From the NCBI RefSeq assembly GCF_006345805.1, contig NC_043006.1, positions 31,620,001-31,684,000 on the forward strand: a DNA stretch of 64,000 bases, in the 5' to 3' direction. The position numbers and the translations under genes are program-made. Positions 49,763-62,124 of this stretch are shown one piece after another. This stretch comes from Octopus sinensis (lineage: Eukaryota). The stretch's first letter is position 1. Every line of letters begins with the position of its first letter. The notes beneath the pieces were generated by a model, which saw only the letters and a list, made by a program, of their open reading frames with translations, did no database searches and was not told the origin of the DNA.

Positions 49763-50826
49763 GGACAGTCAGAGTGTGAGAGAGATAGATATATATACAA
49801 ATTAAGCATATATGTACCTTAACAGCCCTTCTTGTCTTGTTATTCTCCTTGTCCTGTCTTTTACTGTTTATATTTTGTACTGTCGTTACTGTCCTGCTTT
49901 TGTTACCATTTTTACCCCTCCGCAAAAAGATCTCAACTTTTATTTAATTTGCTTTTCGCGAGAAGGAAAGTTTCAATCGAAGATGCGTCTCGCCTTCACC
50001 TTCGAAACGCAGAGTAGATGAAACCATGGCTACTGAAGAAGGGGAATTTTCCTTGTGTTATTTGTCCTGTACTCTATTTTTTCGTTGTTTAAGAAAAATG
50101 TTCAGTTCCTTGGTTTTGTGTTTATGTTTTCGTTTCTCATTGTGTTCGACGTTTTTAGTGTCCTGTACCCATATATGCATGTAGAGGTAGGTACGTACAT
50201 GCATATGTTTTATTTTATTATTAATTTATTATATATATATATATATGTACGTGTGTGTGTGTGTGGTGTGTGTGTGTGTTGTGTGTGTTGTGAGTGTGTG
50301 TGTGTGGTGGACAGTCAGAGTGTGAGAGAGATATATATACATAATTAAGCATATATGTACCTTAACAGCCCTTCTTGTCTTGTTATTCTCCTTGTCCTGT
50401 CTTTTACTGTTTATATTTTGTACTGTCGTTACTGTCCTGCTTTTGTTACCATTTTTACCCCTCCGCAAAAAGATCTCAACTTTTATTTAATTTGCTTTTC
50501 GCGAGAAGGAAAGTTTCAATCGAAGATGCGTCTCGCCTTCACCTTCGAAACGCAGAGTAGATGAAACCATGGCTACTGAAGAAGGGGAATTTTCCTTGTG
50601 TTATTTGTCCTGTACTCTATTTTTTCGTTGTTTAAGAAAAATGTTCAGTTCCTTGGTTTTGTGTTTATGTTTTCGTTTCTCATTGTGTTCGACGTTTTTT
50701 AGGTGTCCTGTACCCATATATGCATGTAGAGGTAGGTACGTACATGCATATGTTTTATTTTATTTATTAATTTATTATATATATATATATATGTACGTGT
50801 GTGTGTGTGTGGTGTGTGTGTGTGTT
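49763..50826 (+). repeat. Tandem duplication (~545-bp unit) of a PLE terminus plus flanking microsatellite
   Basis: Units start at GGACAGTCAGAG (49763 and 50309) and give identical ORF translations offset by 543 nt. Confidence 0.9.
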
Positions 50827-50949
50827 GGTGTACTCATGTCTCCGTAAACTATCGGTTCGTCAAAAAGATACCGATAGAATAAATGGCAGGCCCAAAGCAA
50901 TAAGTATTTAATGTGAATGAGTGAAGACGATTTTTGCAACGGGTTCCAT

Positions 50950-51660
50950 AGATGCCTATTCAATATCGCCTGAACGTGTTTTAGATGCTTTGTAAAACTA
51001 AGATCTTCTAAGTGGGCAGGATGAGGGATACCTGAAGCTGCAAGTTTGCCGTTGGATAGAGGCGGTCTAGCTATGTTTTTGGTGTGGTGTGGGGGGTGAT
51101 TTTAGAAGTTTTCAAGCAGGAACAGTTGATATTAATGCTGTGCGTGTAGAAGAATCGGTTATTCTTTCGTAGTGTTGGAAAATGCTGCATTAGTAGAGAC
51201 AGAGATTCTAACTGTATACGTGCTTAAAGTTATATATTATGTTGAATTGAACCAAATGACCTTCATCTTCCTGGCGCTTCTATAATGTGTATGCGGAAAA
51301 GAGATCCTGGCCCATTCACTTCTCGCTGAAAAACGCTTCTTGTTAATGGACTGTTAGTGGTAGGAGGAAGCTATGGTAAAGATGTCCTTTAAACAAAAAC
51401 ATCTTTAACAGATGTCCTTTAAGCTGCAAGATATATGGCTACAGCCGGAGTGAAATTTTCTCTGCGGTATACAAGGTCCTCGTTTGATTTTCTGTAGGAA
51501 TAGAGCTGACCTTGGTTGAAATCTAGTGTTAAATCGAAAAAGAAGGTCAAAGTTAAGTTTTGTGATGTGATAATGTTTAAATAAAATTCTCTGAATTCCT
51601 ATTTGATTCGGCATTGACCAATGAAAAACAATAAACGACGTACTGTGCCAACACACCATT
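50950..51660 (-). mobile_element. Decayed Penelope-like RT C-terminus and linker
   Basis: FFDLTLDFNQGQLYSYRKSNEDLVY (PLE FLDVTL...Y.KPN motif); RKMKVIWFN; MQHFPT...FFYTHSINI.CSC (IIWFNPP...HFP...KxSYSC). Confidence 0.7.
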
Positions 51661-51718
51661 TTTTAACTAAGATATTGCCTGAACGACGAATGTAGGAATC
51701 TCTGCATGTGTATGACAC

Positions 51719-51758
<40 letters not shown>

Positions 51759-52831
51759 GGTATGTAGAAAAATACAACATGGACAAGAACGTATAACTCA
51801 TAGAAGACGATACAATAAACATGGACAGGACATTCGAACCCCTCAGTCTTCAGTCAAGAACCGGATCATCGTAGTAATTTCGGCTGATTAATCAATGTCA
51901 TATATTGGCTCACAATGATGACACATTGACTTGTAGTCCGATCCTTTGACTCTAGGACTATTCCGTTAATAGTCACAGTTTATTAATGCTATATATCTAC
52001 TCCTAGGGAAATGAAAGGTCTTATAGAAATAGATAAGATGACCACAAACTGAGAAAGCGACGCGGGTTCAATCGATGGTTGAAACATTCATTACTCCATT
52101 GGTGCTGCAAACGCTTTCGCAGAAGACGTGATTTTTCACAAAATCCCATTCAACAACCATTTGAAACTTAATAAGATATTGACTAAATCACATCGTAACT
52201 GCCCCACCGAATGAAAAGAAGGGACACCTGCGATAACTTCTTTAAAGAAAGCCGTTCATTTACAGCTCACCTAAGAATATACAACTATTAAGATGTTATC
52301 TTTATGAGATCAATACTATTGTGACCAATGCTCCACCGAGTCAATGATAGTTTACATAGCAAGGAGTCTCTACCGAGTTAGTATCGATCTTTCGCTTCAC
52401 TTACACTGCTAGTGAAATTAGAGAATGCTTTCGGGTCACCTCTTCTTAATTCCTATTCTCTAGAATGTAAGTGAATATAGATCAATATTGTTACAATTAA
52501 ATGAATTATTCAGTTTCCGTGAGGCCACAACAGACAATAACTACAATGTGATACAAATTCACAATTTCTATCGGTTAATTTGTAATCCGATATCTAATCA
52601 CCTCGCCATTTCGTCTATGCTTTCAGCCGATCAGTATTACGTATTGTTAAAAAATATATAATGAAGTACAAAGTTGTGAGTACAGAATTGTCAATAGATA
52701 GTGTTGTTCAACACTAAGATAGCTTGTGTCATTATCTCGTTCTGGGAAAAATAAAAAATCAGGGTTATTTTCTTGACGCACGATTAACTGTCCGAAGCGT
52801 CAGTGATACTTCTTTTCTTTAATGTCAGTAA

Positions 52832-53339
52832 CCCATTAACTGCCAAATTTTTGTTTTTCATATTTTCTGGCTTTTCCAAGTGTCTTAAGAATTAAAATAT
52901 TATATAGTATTTAAATTTGCTTCATTTTGGAAATTATGATAATTTTTTCAAAAAGGCCCAAATGGGGATCACTGTAAAAAAGCATCTTTCTCCTTTTCTA
53001 TTCAGTTGCAATAATAAACATTTTAGTTTGTTTGAAACTATAGTATCAAGTGCGAATGTGTATGAAATATCAAGGAATGATATAAATGAGAAATGCCAAA
53101 AAAAAAAAAAGTTTTCAAAACAGTCAATATTTTTGTAGTTCAAAAATTGCAATTTATGACATAAAATGTCCTCTAGAATTAGCCAGAGATAATAATGACA
53201 AACTTTAAACTACTAAATATTGTTAAACACACCTCTGCAAATGCAATGTACCTAAGCAATTCACTTTAAATACAACGAGCAATCCGCAGTGAGACTGTTT
53301 TTAACAGGTCCTCAAATGGGGCTCATGGCAGGCAATGGG
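52832..53339. mobile_element. piggyBac-like MITE
   Basis: GTAA|CCCATTAACTGCC ... GGCAGGCAATGGG|TTAA: CCC/GGG termini with TTAA-like target. Confidence 0.55.
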
Positions 53340-54265
53340 TTAACACATTGACTAACAAATCTTTTGTAATTGATATTATTTCTTTTGTTTTTCCTTAAGA
53401 ATCGCCTTTTGTGGAATATCTACGAGAAAATTACGTACTGACCCTTCTCTATTTTAAGACATTTTTCACAGGAAAAGCTGTTTTTTTTTCTAAGACCACA
53501 GGCAATCATGCAGGAGTCTTCTGCATGATCTGCATGGTCCTTTTCTTACCGATCATAACAAAATATGACAATCACTACCACCACCATCACCACTAAACAT
53601 CTCACTGGCTACAAGAATTTTAACTGCCCTTTCGAGTCTATTATTCACTGAGAAAAGGAAAAAGGAAAAAAAGAATACAAGTAAGGAATTGAAATGCCAT
53701 GCAATTTCGAGGTGGCAATACATGGGGACAGCATCGCCGTCACATAAAATATCTTGTTTTTAAAAGTCACAGTTCTTTGAATTCCTTACATTTTATTTGT
53801 TTACAAAGTCGTTGCTTTGAATTGACATAAACACAAACACAAAAACACAAACACACAAACCCACACAGAATATGTATATACATATGCATATATATGTGTG
53901 CGTGTGTATGTGTTTGTGTATGTATGTATGCATGTATACATATGTGTATATATACATGCATATATATATAAATATATATATACATATATTTACGTATATA
54001 TATATATATACATATATGCGTATATATACATGCACACTCACATATATGTACATAAATGTGTGTACATATACGCATATATATATGTATATGAATATTATAT
54101 GTGTGTGTATAAATATATATATAGATATATGTGTGTGTTTGTACACATGATATATCAGCAATGGCGTCTGCAAGTACATATTATTTCGTAAGACAAATTC
54201 CAAGACTATAAAGGACAAAAGGACTCACGCATACACTTACTTATGCATATATCTGTAATTCTGTG

Positions 54266-54338
<73 letters not shown>

Positions 54339-54860
54339 CTCGTTTTGTTTTATTTTTGGAATTCCTCACATGAAATGTCGTCTGCAATCACAGATTACTC
54401 GTAGACAACATTACTATTTTTCTTTATTTTGCATCTGCAAAGTAAAAACTATGACGCCAGTCACCAATTAGAATCTTAGAATTCTAGAATGCGCGATCCT
54501 TTGTATTGTTTCCGAATGCCAACTTCTTTCACAAGTTATAAGAGAGTGGAATATTAAGTTTGACAAGTCTTAATTACTAGTTTATACATTTTCTGTGCAA
54601 CATTCTTATTTCTTTATTTGTTTTAAGTATTTTTACGTGTTTTACTTTTTTTTTTTTTTAAAACTTTGTTTTCGTTTTCGCAATAAACCTGCTCTAGTTT
54701 CGTGGTTATGGTACTGGAGTTGGTTTTTAGCTTGTTTATTTTTGTTTGTTGCTGTTGTTTCCAGGAGCTGTTCACTCATTATTTTTACGTATAAGTGTCA
54801 CTACGCAATGACTCAACATACACGCTTAATATATAATATAATAGAATATATATATTATAT

Positions 54861-54925
<65 letters not shown>

Positions 54926-54928
54926 GTG

Positions 54929-54959
<31 letters not shown>

Positions 54960-55201
54960 CCATTCATATACATAACATATAAATATATATATACATAATA
55001 TTCATATACATACATATAAATATATACATGTTAGTATGTGATGTGTGTGTGTGCGTACTATATATTATATATATACATATGCAATTATGTATGCAGGTAT
55101 GTAGCATTGTTTAAGCAGTATGTTTAAGTGTATGTCTCTATGTGTATGCATACCTGCATGTATGCATATATGTATGTACTTACACACACACACACACACA
55201 C

Positions 55202-55286
<85 letters not shown>

Positions 55287-55643
55287 GCATATTTTGTTTC
55301 GGTATCTCTGTATATTATGAATTTCTAAGTTGGAAATGATTTCTAAATTGTGTTTCTCAATTGTTTTCTAAAGAAACACACAAACACAAAACAAGGCAAC
55401 TTGAGTTGTCAGAGATACTCAACACCACGATGTTGTTGTTGTTGTTGTTGTTGTTCTACTTCTTCTTCTTCTTCCTCTTCTTCTTGCTCTTCTTCTTCCT
55501 CTCCTTGTTTTGTTTTACATAATTTGTTATGACATCATTATCAGGAAGGAAACCAAACTTTGCGCCTCTTGTCTTTAAATACGCAAAAAAAATAATACGT
55601 TGAATGTATTTATATATTATTATTATTATTATTATTATTTTTA

Positions 55644-55690
<47 letters not shown>

Positions 55691-55938
55691 ATTATTATTA
55701 TTATCTAAAACAGTTTGATTCGGTTCTATGTGGCTGACAGTTTCGCAGACTTCTTACAAAAGCCTAGCCCGTTCTGGCTCAGATAACCAAATAAAGAGAT
55801 ACCAGCAGTCCAAGATGGCTACATACATACATATTTTCATACATACACATGTATATGTATGCATATATGTCTGTACGTATGCTTGTATATGTCTGTGTGT
55901 GTGTGTTTAGATGTGTGTATGTATGCATAAACATACAT

Positions 55939-56378
55939 ACTCTTTACTCTTTTACTTGTTTCAGTCATTTGACTGCGGTCATGCTGGAGCACCGCCTTTA
56001 GTAGAACAAATCGACCCCAGGGCTTATTCTTTGTAAGTTCAGTAATTATTCTATCGGTCTGTTTTGTTGAACTGTTAAGTTAGAGGGACGTAAACACACC
56101 AGCATCGGTTGTCAAGCGATGATGGGGGACAGGCACAGACAACACGCACGCACGCACACACACACACACACAAACACGCACGCACACACACACGCACACA
56201 CACACGCACACACACACACACATATATATATATATACGACGCGCTATTTTCAATCTACCAAATCCACTCACAAGCCTTTGGTAGAAGACACTTACCCAAG
56301 GTGCCACGCAGTGGGTCTGAACCCAGAAACATGTGGTCGGGAAGCAAGCTTCTTACCACGCAGCCACTCCTGCATCTA
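55939..56378 (-). mobile_element. SINE family B, near full length with internal (CA/CG) array
   Basis: Head GATGCAGGAGTGGCTGCGTGGTAAGAAGC to tail GACTGAAACAAGTAAAAGAGTAAAGAGT. Confidence 0.9.
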
Positions 56379-56977
56379 TATAGGTGCCCACAGACGTAAC
56401 GAGCAAATATAATACAGACGTACATATCCACACAATACATCCCTTCATTTCCGAACGGTAGGGCGTAATTTCATGTAGATTAGGCTGCTGTTTCTAGCAT
56501 ACCGAGCAGCCTTATAGAGGATCTCCGCTATGATGTAATTCAGAAAAACAGGCAATTTTCTTAAATTAACTTACTGAGGCAAATTTGCAAGAAAACTAAT
56601 TAGTAAAAATAATAATTAGTGAAAAAATAAACAGGAAAAAACAACAAATATTTAGTTTAACAAAAGCCAGAAGAAAGCACCTTATCTTTCCTAAAACTAA
56701 TATCGGAACAATCGGTTCTGGAAGACAAAACTTTTGAATCAGGCAAGATACGTAAACGATAGTGATATGTCTTAGGTGGGTGGGACAAGCGTTCGAGCGG
56801 TTAATCACAAGATTCGACGCCGTATCGTTTTTCCTGCTTTCCTTCTTTCGCTTTTTCTAATATTTCCATAGTCTTAGTAAAATGTACTGACTGCATGGGA
56901 ATATGTCGCAAAGGAAGGTACCATATATAATATATATATAATATATATAATATATATATATATATATTATATATATA

Positions 56978-57259
56978 TATATACATATTAGAGGGAAACC
57001 ACTATGTGGACACTCTTATCGCTAGAAATAGATCCGCTATGGTCTTACCACTAGAAAATGTTCTCAGAAAAATTTAGCAAAACAACCAAAACACTAAAAA
57101 GCAATAAAAATATGGATTATAATCCATATTTGTATTGCTCGATTACGTTTTGGTTGTTTTGCTAAATTTTTCTTGAAACATTTCTTCGTGGTAAGACCAT
57201 AGCGGATCTATTTCTAGCATAAGGTGTCCACATAGTGGTTTTCCTCTAATATGTATATA
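56978..57259. mobile_element. Full-length palindromic foldback/MITE (~280 bp, no spacer)
   Basis: Arms pair from TATATACATATTAGAGG to the centre AATATGGATTA|TAATCCATATT (57119/57120). Confidence 0.85.
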
Positions 57260-57363
57260 ATGCAATTTTACTGAACCTTCAGTTTTTTTATATGCTAGAC
57301 CACTGGTGTGAAATCGATGTTAATTAAATTAATATCTAATTTCTCACCCTCATTTTAAATTTA

Positions 57364-57426
<63 letters not shown>

Positions 57427-57439
57427 TATATATATATAG

Positions 57440-57630
57440 TTAATCCAAACATGAACAAAGAGAAAACACAACGCGAGGACGTGGAACAAGTATAGTGTTA
57501 TTGGAAAGGAAAGAAAGAAGGAGGATTTAACGTTTCGAGCGGACCTCTTCGTCAGAAATATAGAAAAAAGGAAAAGTCCAAGGAAGGGAAAACGGAGAAA
57601 GAAAATCGCCAACGATGCACACGCATTCAC
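57440..57630 (-). mobile_element. Penelope-like terminus with core-intact minimal hammerhead (57525-57559)
   Basis: AUUU CUGACGA A GAG guccg CUC GAA ACGU U AAAU. Confidence 0.65.
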
Positions 57631-57654
57631 ATATATATACATATACAAATATAT

Positions 57655-58000
57655 GTGCGTAAGGCCAGTGTCCTCTGTTTAGTCTTGGGCCGACCAAAAC
57701 CTTGAGAGTGGATCTGGTAGACGGAAACTGAAAGAAGCCTGAATTATGCACAATATATGTATACGTATATACGTGTGTATTTGTGTGTGTGCTTGTGTGT
57801 GTGTGTGTCTGTCCTTCACCACCGCTTGACAACCGGTATTAGTGTGTTTATGTCCTCGTAACTTAGCGATTAGACATAAGTTTCTGATAGAATACGTACC
57901 AGGATTCTTTTTTAAAATAAGTATTGGGATCGAGTCGTTCGACTAAAATCCTACAAAGAAGTGCCCCAGCATGGCCACAGTCTAATGACTGAAGCGAATA
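57655..58000 (+). mobile_element. SINE family B, 5'-truncated
   Basis: GGGCCGACCAAAACCTTGAGAGTGGATCTGGTAGACGGAAACTGAAAGAAGCC...GCCCCAGCATGGCCACAGTC. Confidence 0.8.
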
Positions 58001-58242
58001 AAGGGACGAAAATCGCTACATCGTTACGTTTGTTCTGACGATACCCAAGTGAAGCCGTCGTCCGAATGTACGGAAGCCAATAAAAGAATAAAAAGTTCCT
58101 AAAGAATCCTTCACTGGATTTCATTATAATTATTTGTATTTATTTTACTTTTTCTGCCTTTAGAGGTCTTTATCATTGGTTACTTAGTATTTTCTTACAG
58201 ATTTAATGCAAGACGCAGAATTAATTGCTTTTTAATTTGTAG

Positions 58243-58295
58243 AATGGTAAGACTAGGTAAAGGTCTCGGGTTGCTATCAATAGTGCGACATGTGG
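58243..58295 (+). CDS. Candidate 53-nt exon (MVRLGKGLGLLSIVRHV)
   Basis: Acceptor TTTTTAATTTGTAG, donor TGG|GTGAGT; competing donors inside. Confidence 0.2.
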
Positions 58296-58374
58296 GTGAG
58301 TGTCGAATGCCACGGTGTCAAGTGTCACCTAATTACATAAAACCATTTTGCCGTCTTCCCTCAATCAAGCCTCC

Positions 58375-58815
58375 TCCCCTTTCTTCTTCTTCTTCTTCTT
58401 CTCTTTCTTCTCTTCTCTCTTCTTCTTTCTTCTCCTTTTCTCTCCTTCCTTCTTCTTCCTTCTCTCCTTCTTCTGTCTTCTTCTTCTTCTTGTTCTCTCT
58501 TCTCTTCTTCTTTCTCCTTCTTTCTTCTTCTTTTCTTCTTCTTGCTTGCTTTCTTCTCATCTTTCTCCTTTCTTTCTTCTTCTTCTCTTGTCTTCTTCTT
58601 CTTCTTCTTCTTCCTTCTTCTTCTTCTTCTCTTCTTCTTCTTCTTCTTCCTTCTTCTCTCTCTCTTCTCCTCTCTGTCTCTTCTCTTTCTCGCTTCTTCT
58701 TTCTTCTTTGTCTTCTCTTCTGTTCTTCTCTTCCTTCCTGTCTTTCTTCTTCTTTTCTTCTCTCTTCTCCTTCCTCTTTCTTCTCCCTCTTGTTCTTTCT
58801 CCTCCTCCTTCTTTA
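58375..58815 (+). repeat. Cryptic (CTT)n polypyrimidine tract
   Basis: About 440 nt, almost all C/T. Confidence 0.9.
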
Positions 58816-59343
58816 TGTGTTCCGCTTTCTATGCAAGCATTATTTGTAAATATTTCAAGCAATTACTAGAACACAACTGGAATATATATTTTATAAAACA
58901 AAAATCACACTTACACTTTCATGCAGGCAACACATGGGTGTTTATATATATATATATATATATCTAATATATATATATATATATTATATATATATATATA
59001 TTCTATATAGTATATATATATCTCAAACGCGATAATGCTGACAATTAGCCGAAAAGCCTGATAAGCTACTCTCAACGCTTCTAAAGCAAACTTCGTTTGT
59101 TTTTTTATGTTCATCGTAATTTGAGTATATGGGACAAGAACGCAAAGACGACAACAAAACATCCAGACAGTTGTATGATACAAAAAGGGAGTTGAAAAAA
59201 CAAGGACGAGTCATTCGGAGTTTTCTTTCGTCAGTCGAATTCCAGTTTATCCTTGCATTTTCGGCTGGTTATATTCGAGACTGCTCCAATCTGGCCAGCC
59301 CCAAAGAAATCTAAGCTAAGGCACTAGATTCCTTGGAAGAAAG

Positions 59344-59385
<42 letters not shown>

Positions 59386-59571
59386 TATATATATTATATT
59401 ATATATATATATATAGTAAAGTCTATTTGCCAGCATAATGTGGCTTTCCTGGAGGACAGCCACGTTATGTTGGCAAATAGCCTTACTTTAAACAACTGTT
59501 ACTGAAATGTTTCTATTTACATAACATACATATATATCAATATATATATATATTATATATATATATATATA

Positions 59572-59610
<39 letters not shown>

Positions 59611-60092
59611 ATAAATATATAATATATACACACACACACACACATTCCGAAATCACCTGTTTGTGAAGTGAATATCTTAAAGCTAAATACACATTAGTCT
59701 CTGTGTGTATGTATGTGTGCGTGTGTGTGTGCGCTCACGCTTGTGATTTAATTGGAACATATTTCCAGTTAGACATGTTAGTAAATCCATAAATGAAATT
59801 TAGCTGTTTCCCGTCGATCGGATGCCTACTACTGAGAAGGCACAGTACGCTGATATCACGTGATCTGGCAGTCCCGGCATAGATGCCAAACAGTTCTCGT
59901 TTGCTGGCGACATATATCTGCAATTTCAGCACCATACGTCTTTTTGAGGGGATCCTTCAGGTTCAATACTGCAGTATTACGGTTTACTTAGAATGCATTC
60001 ACATTAAGTTGGATATAAGGATTGCCATTCGATATTAATACTGCCTTCATCGCTAATATTCATTACGCTCACACACTTCTTTATTTCCTTAG

Positions 60093-60181
60093 GCCTTAGA
60101 ACTCATAAGGTCGATTACCAGGGTTCCATAGAATATGAGATCACAGCATTCTCTCTGAAAGTAACGCTAGTGCGTTGTAGG
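60093..60181 (+). CDS. Candidate 89-nt exon (LRTHKVDYQGSIEYEITAFSLKVTLVRCR)
   Basis: Strong acceptor CTTCTTTATTTCCTTAG; donor AGG|GTACGG or ACG|GTAACA 5 nt later; open frame. Confidence 0.3.
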
Positions 60182-60727
60182 GTACGGTAACAACATTTTT
60201 TTATAGAAGGGACGGCGAGTTTTTGAGAACTCGATGCTTTCTGTTCACATCGATCCCAGCATTTATTTTATCGGACAAAAGACAAAATTGGTTACGGTGG
60301 GATTTGAACCCAGTACATAAAGAACCGGAGGATATGCAACCAAGCTGTTTACCCAACGAAAAACGATTCCGCCAGCGCGCCGCTTGCATGGGTGGGTATA
60401 TTTATTAAAGTAAATATCTGCGTCTGACTGTAAGCTTTGAGAACTCAAAGGCTTCAGGTTTTATAAGTCTCAATAGAAGCTGGGGTGTGAGATGGGGGTG
60501 GAGGGGTCATGTTTATTGTATTTGACACGAAACACAACAGAACAAGCGGAACGACCCAGAATAAAATGTAACAGATGCAGTCTGACAACTGGCAGCGAAG
60601 AAATGAATTAATAAAAAAGGTTCCACTTTGCTAAATGGAGACGAAGTAGGATACGAAATTTGCAATTTATACATAGCTCACTCCCTTACTCTCTCTTTAT
60701 TTATTTCTCTCTCTACTCACTCCCTCC

Positions 60728-60767
<40 letters not shown>

Positions 60768-61299
60768 TCGTCCTTCCGTCTGTCTCTCTCTCTTTCTCTC
60801 TTTCTGTATATCTCTCTCTGATTGCCTCTCTCCCTCTCTCCCTCTCCGGCTCTCTCTGTCTCTCCGTCTATCTGTCTCTCTCTCTCTCTCTCTCTCGCTC
60901 TTCTCTCTCTCTCTCTCTACTCTCGCTCTTTCTCTCACTCCTCCGTCCTCTCTCGCTCTTTCTCTCACTCCCTCTCTCCCCTCCTTCTCTCCCTTCTTCT
61001 CTCCCTCCTTCTCTCCCCCTCTTTCCCTCTCTCTCTCCCTTTCTCTCTCTCTCTCTCTCTCTGCACAACCATACGCATGTACATCTGTGTACTCACACGA
61101 GGACACAGATGTGTACTAGGAGAAGATCTACCGATCCAAAAAGCGTATCAATGTATCGATTAGTGTTTTAAGATGCTGATCTATCTCTCGATTGCAACTC
61201 CTGGCTGCAGTTTCGTTGGCGTGGCGGGGTTTGAACCCGAAGTACACCCGACCGGAACAGATACAGCAGAATAATTTTTCCATCGTCTTGGCTTAACAA

Positions 61300-61690
61300 C
61301 CCTCATCGTTTGTTTTTACTGTTTTGTTCTCATTGTTCTGTCTTTTACTGTTTTTTACTTTTTTATTGCTTTTACTGTTTTGTTCTCACTGTCCTGTTCT
61401 TGTTACCACTTTCGCCCTCCGCAAAAAATCCCGATTTTTATTTAATTTGCTTTGCGGGAAGGACTGTTTCAATGAAGTCGCATCTTGTCCTTGCCCCCGA
61501 GACGTGGAGTAGTTGAAACAGGGACAACTGAAGAAGGGGAATATTCTTTATGTTGTATGTCTCGTTTTTCTGTTTGTTTTTTTTTCGCTGTCCCCAAAAA
61601 AGTTCGTTTCTATGTTTTTGTTTTTATGTTTTCGTTTCTCATTGTGTTCAACGTTTTTTTATGTCCTGTACCCATATATGCATGTATATA
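61300..61690 (+). mobile_element. Penelope-like terminal repeat, family of 33700/49800
   Basis: CCGCAAAAAATCC...GACGTGGAGTAGTTGAAA...GAAGAAGGGGAAT...CCTGTACCCATATATGCATG. Confidence 0.6.
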
Positions 61691-62124
61691 TACATATATG
61701 ATGGCTGCCCCTTCGTTATCGAGTATGGCCATTGCACGAAGCTTAACTGTTATTGGTGCTGTGATCGAATGTGACTTTTATTTGCTTTTTAAGGCTACAG
61801 CCAGCCATTCAGTTGAGACTCACAGCACCATCAACAATCATGAACAATGTTGTTATCGTGCAATGTCTGTGCAAAAAGATTTTTTTTAAGTGAGGAAAGG
61901 TTGTGCACTGAGTCAATCCCACTCACTAAGCAACAGCAGCGATAATCCGAAAAGAAGAACAAGTCAACATCATCGGTAACCACTGAGCCGCAGGTTTTAT
62001 GTCGGAGTTATCCCAGTTACCTGAGTTACCTTCTCCTAAAAGGATGCCCTAACAATGGTTAGGAGTCCTTCTCTCCCAATGGTTTAACCGCGCGATCGGG
62101 TATTCAGTCCGATTATTTCTATTT

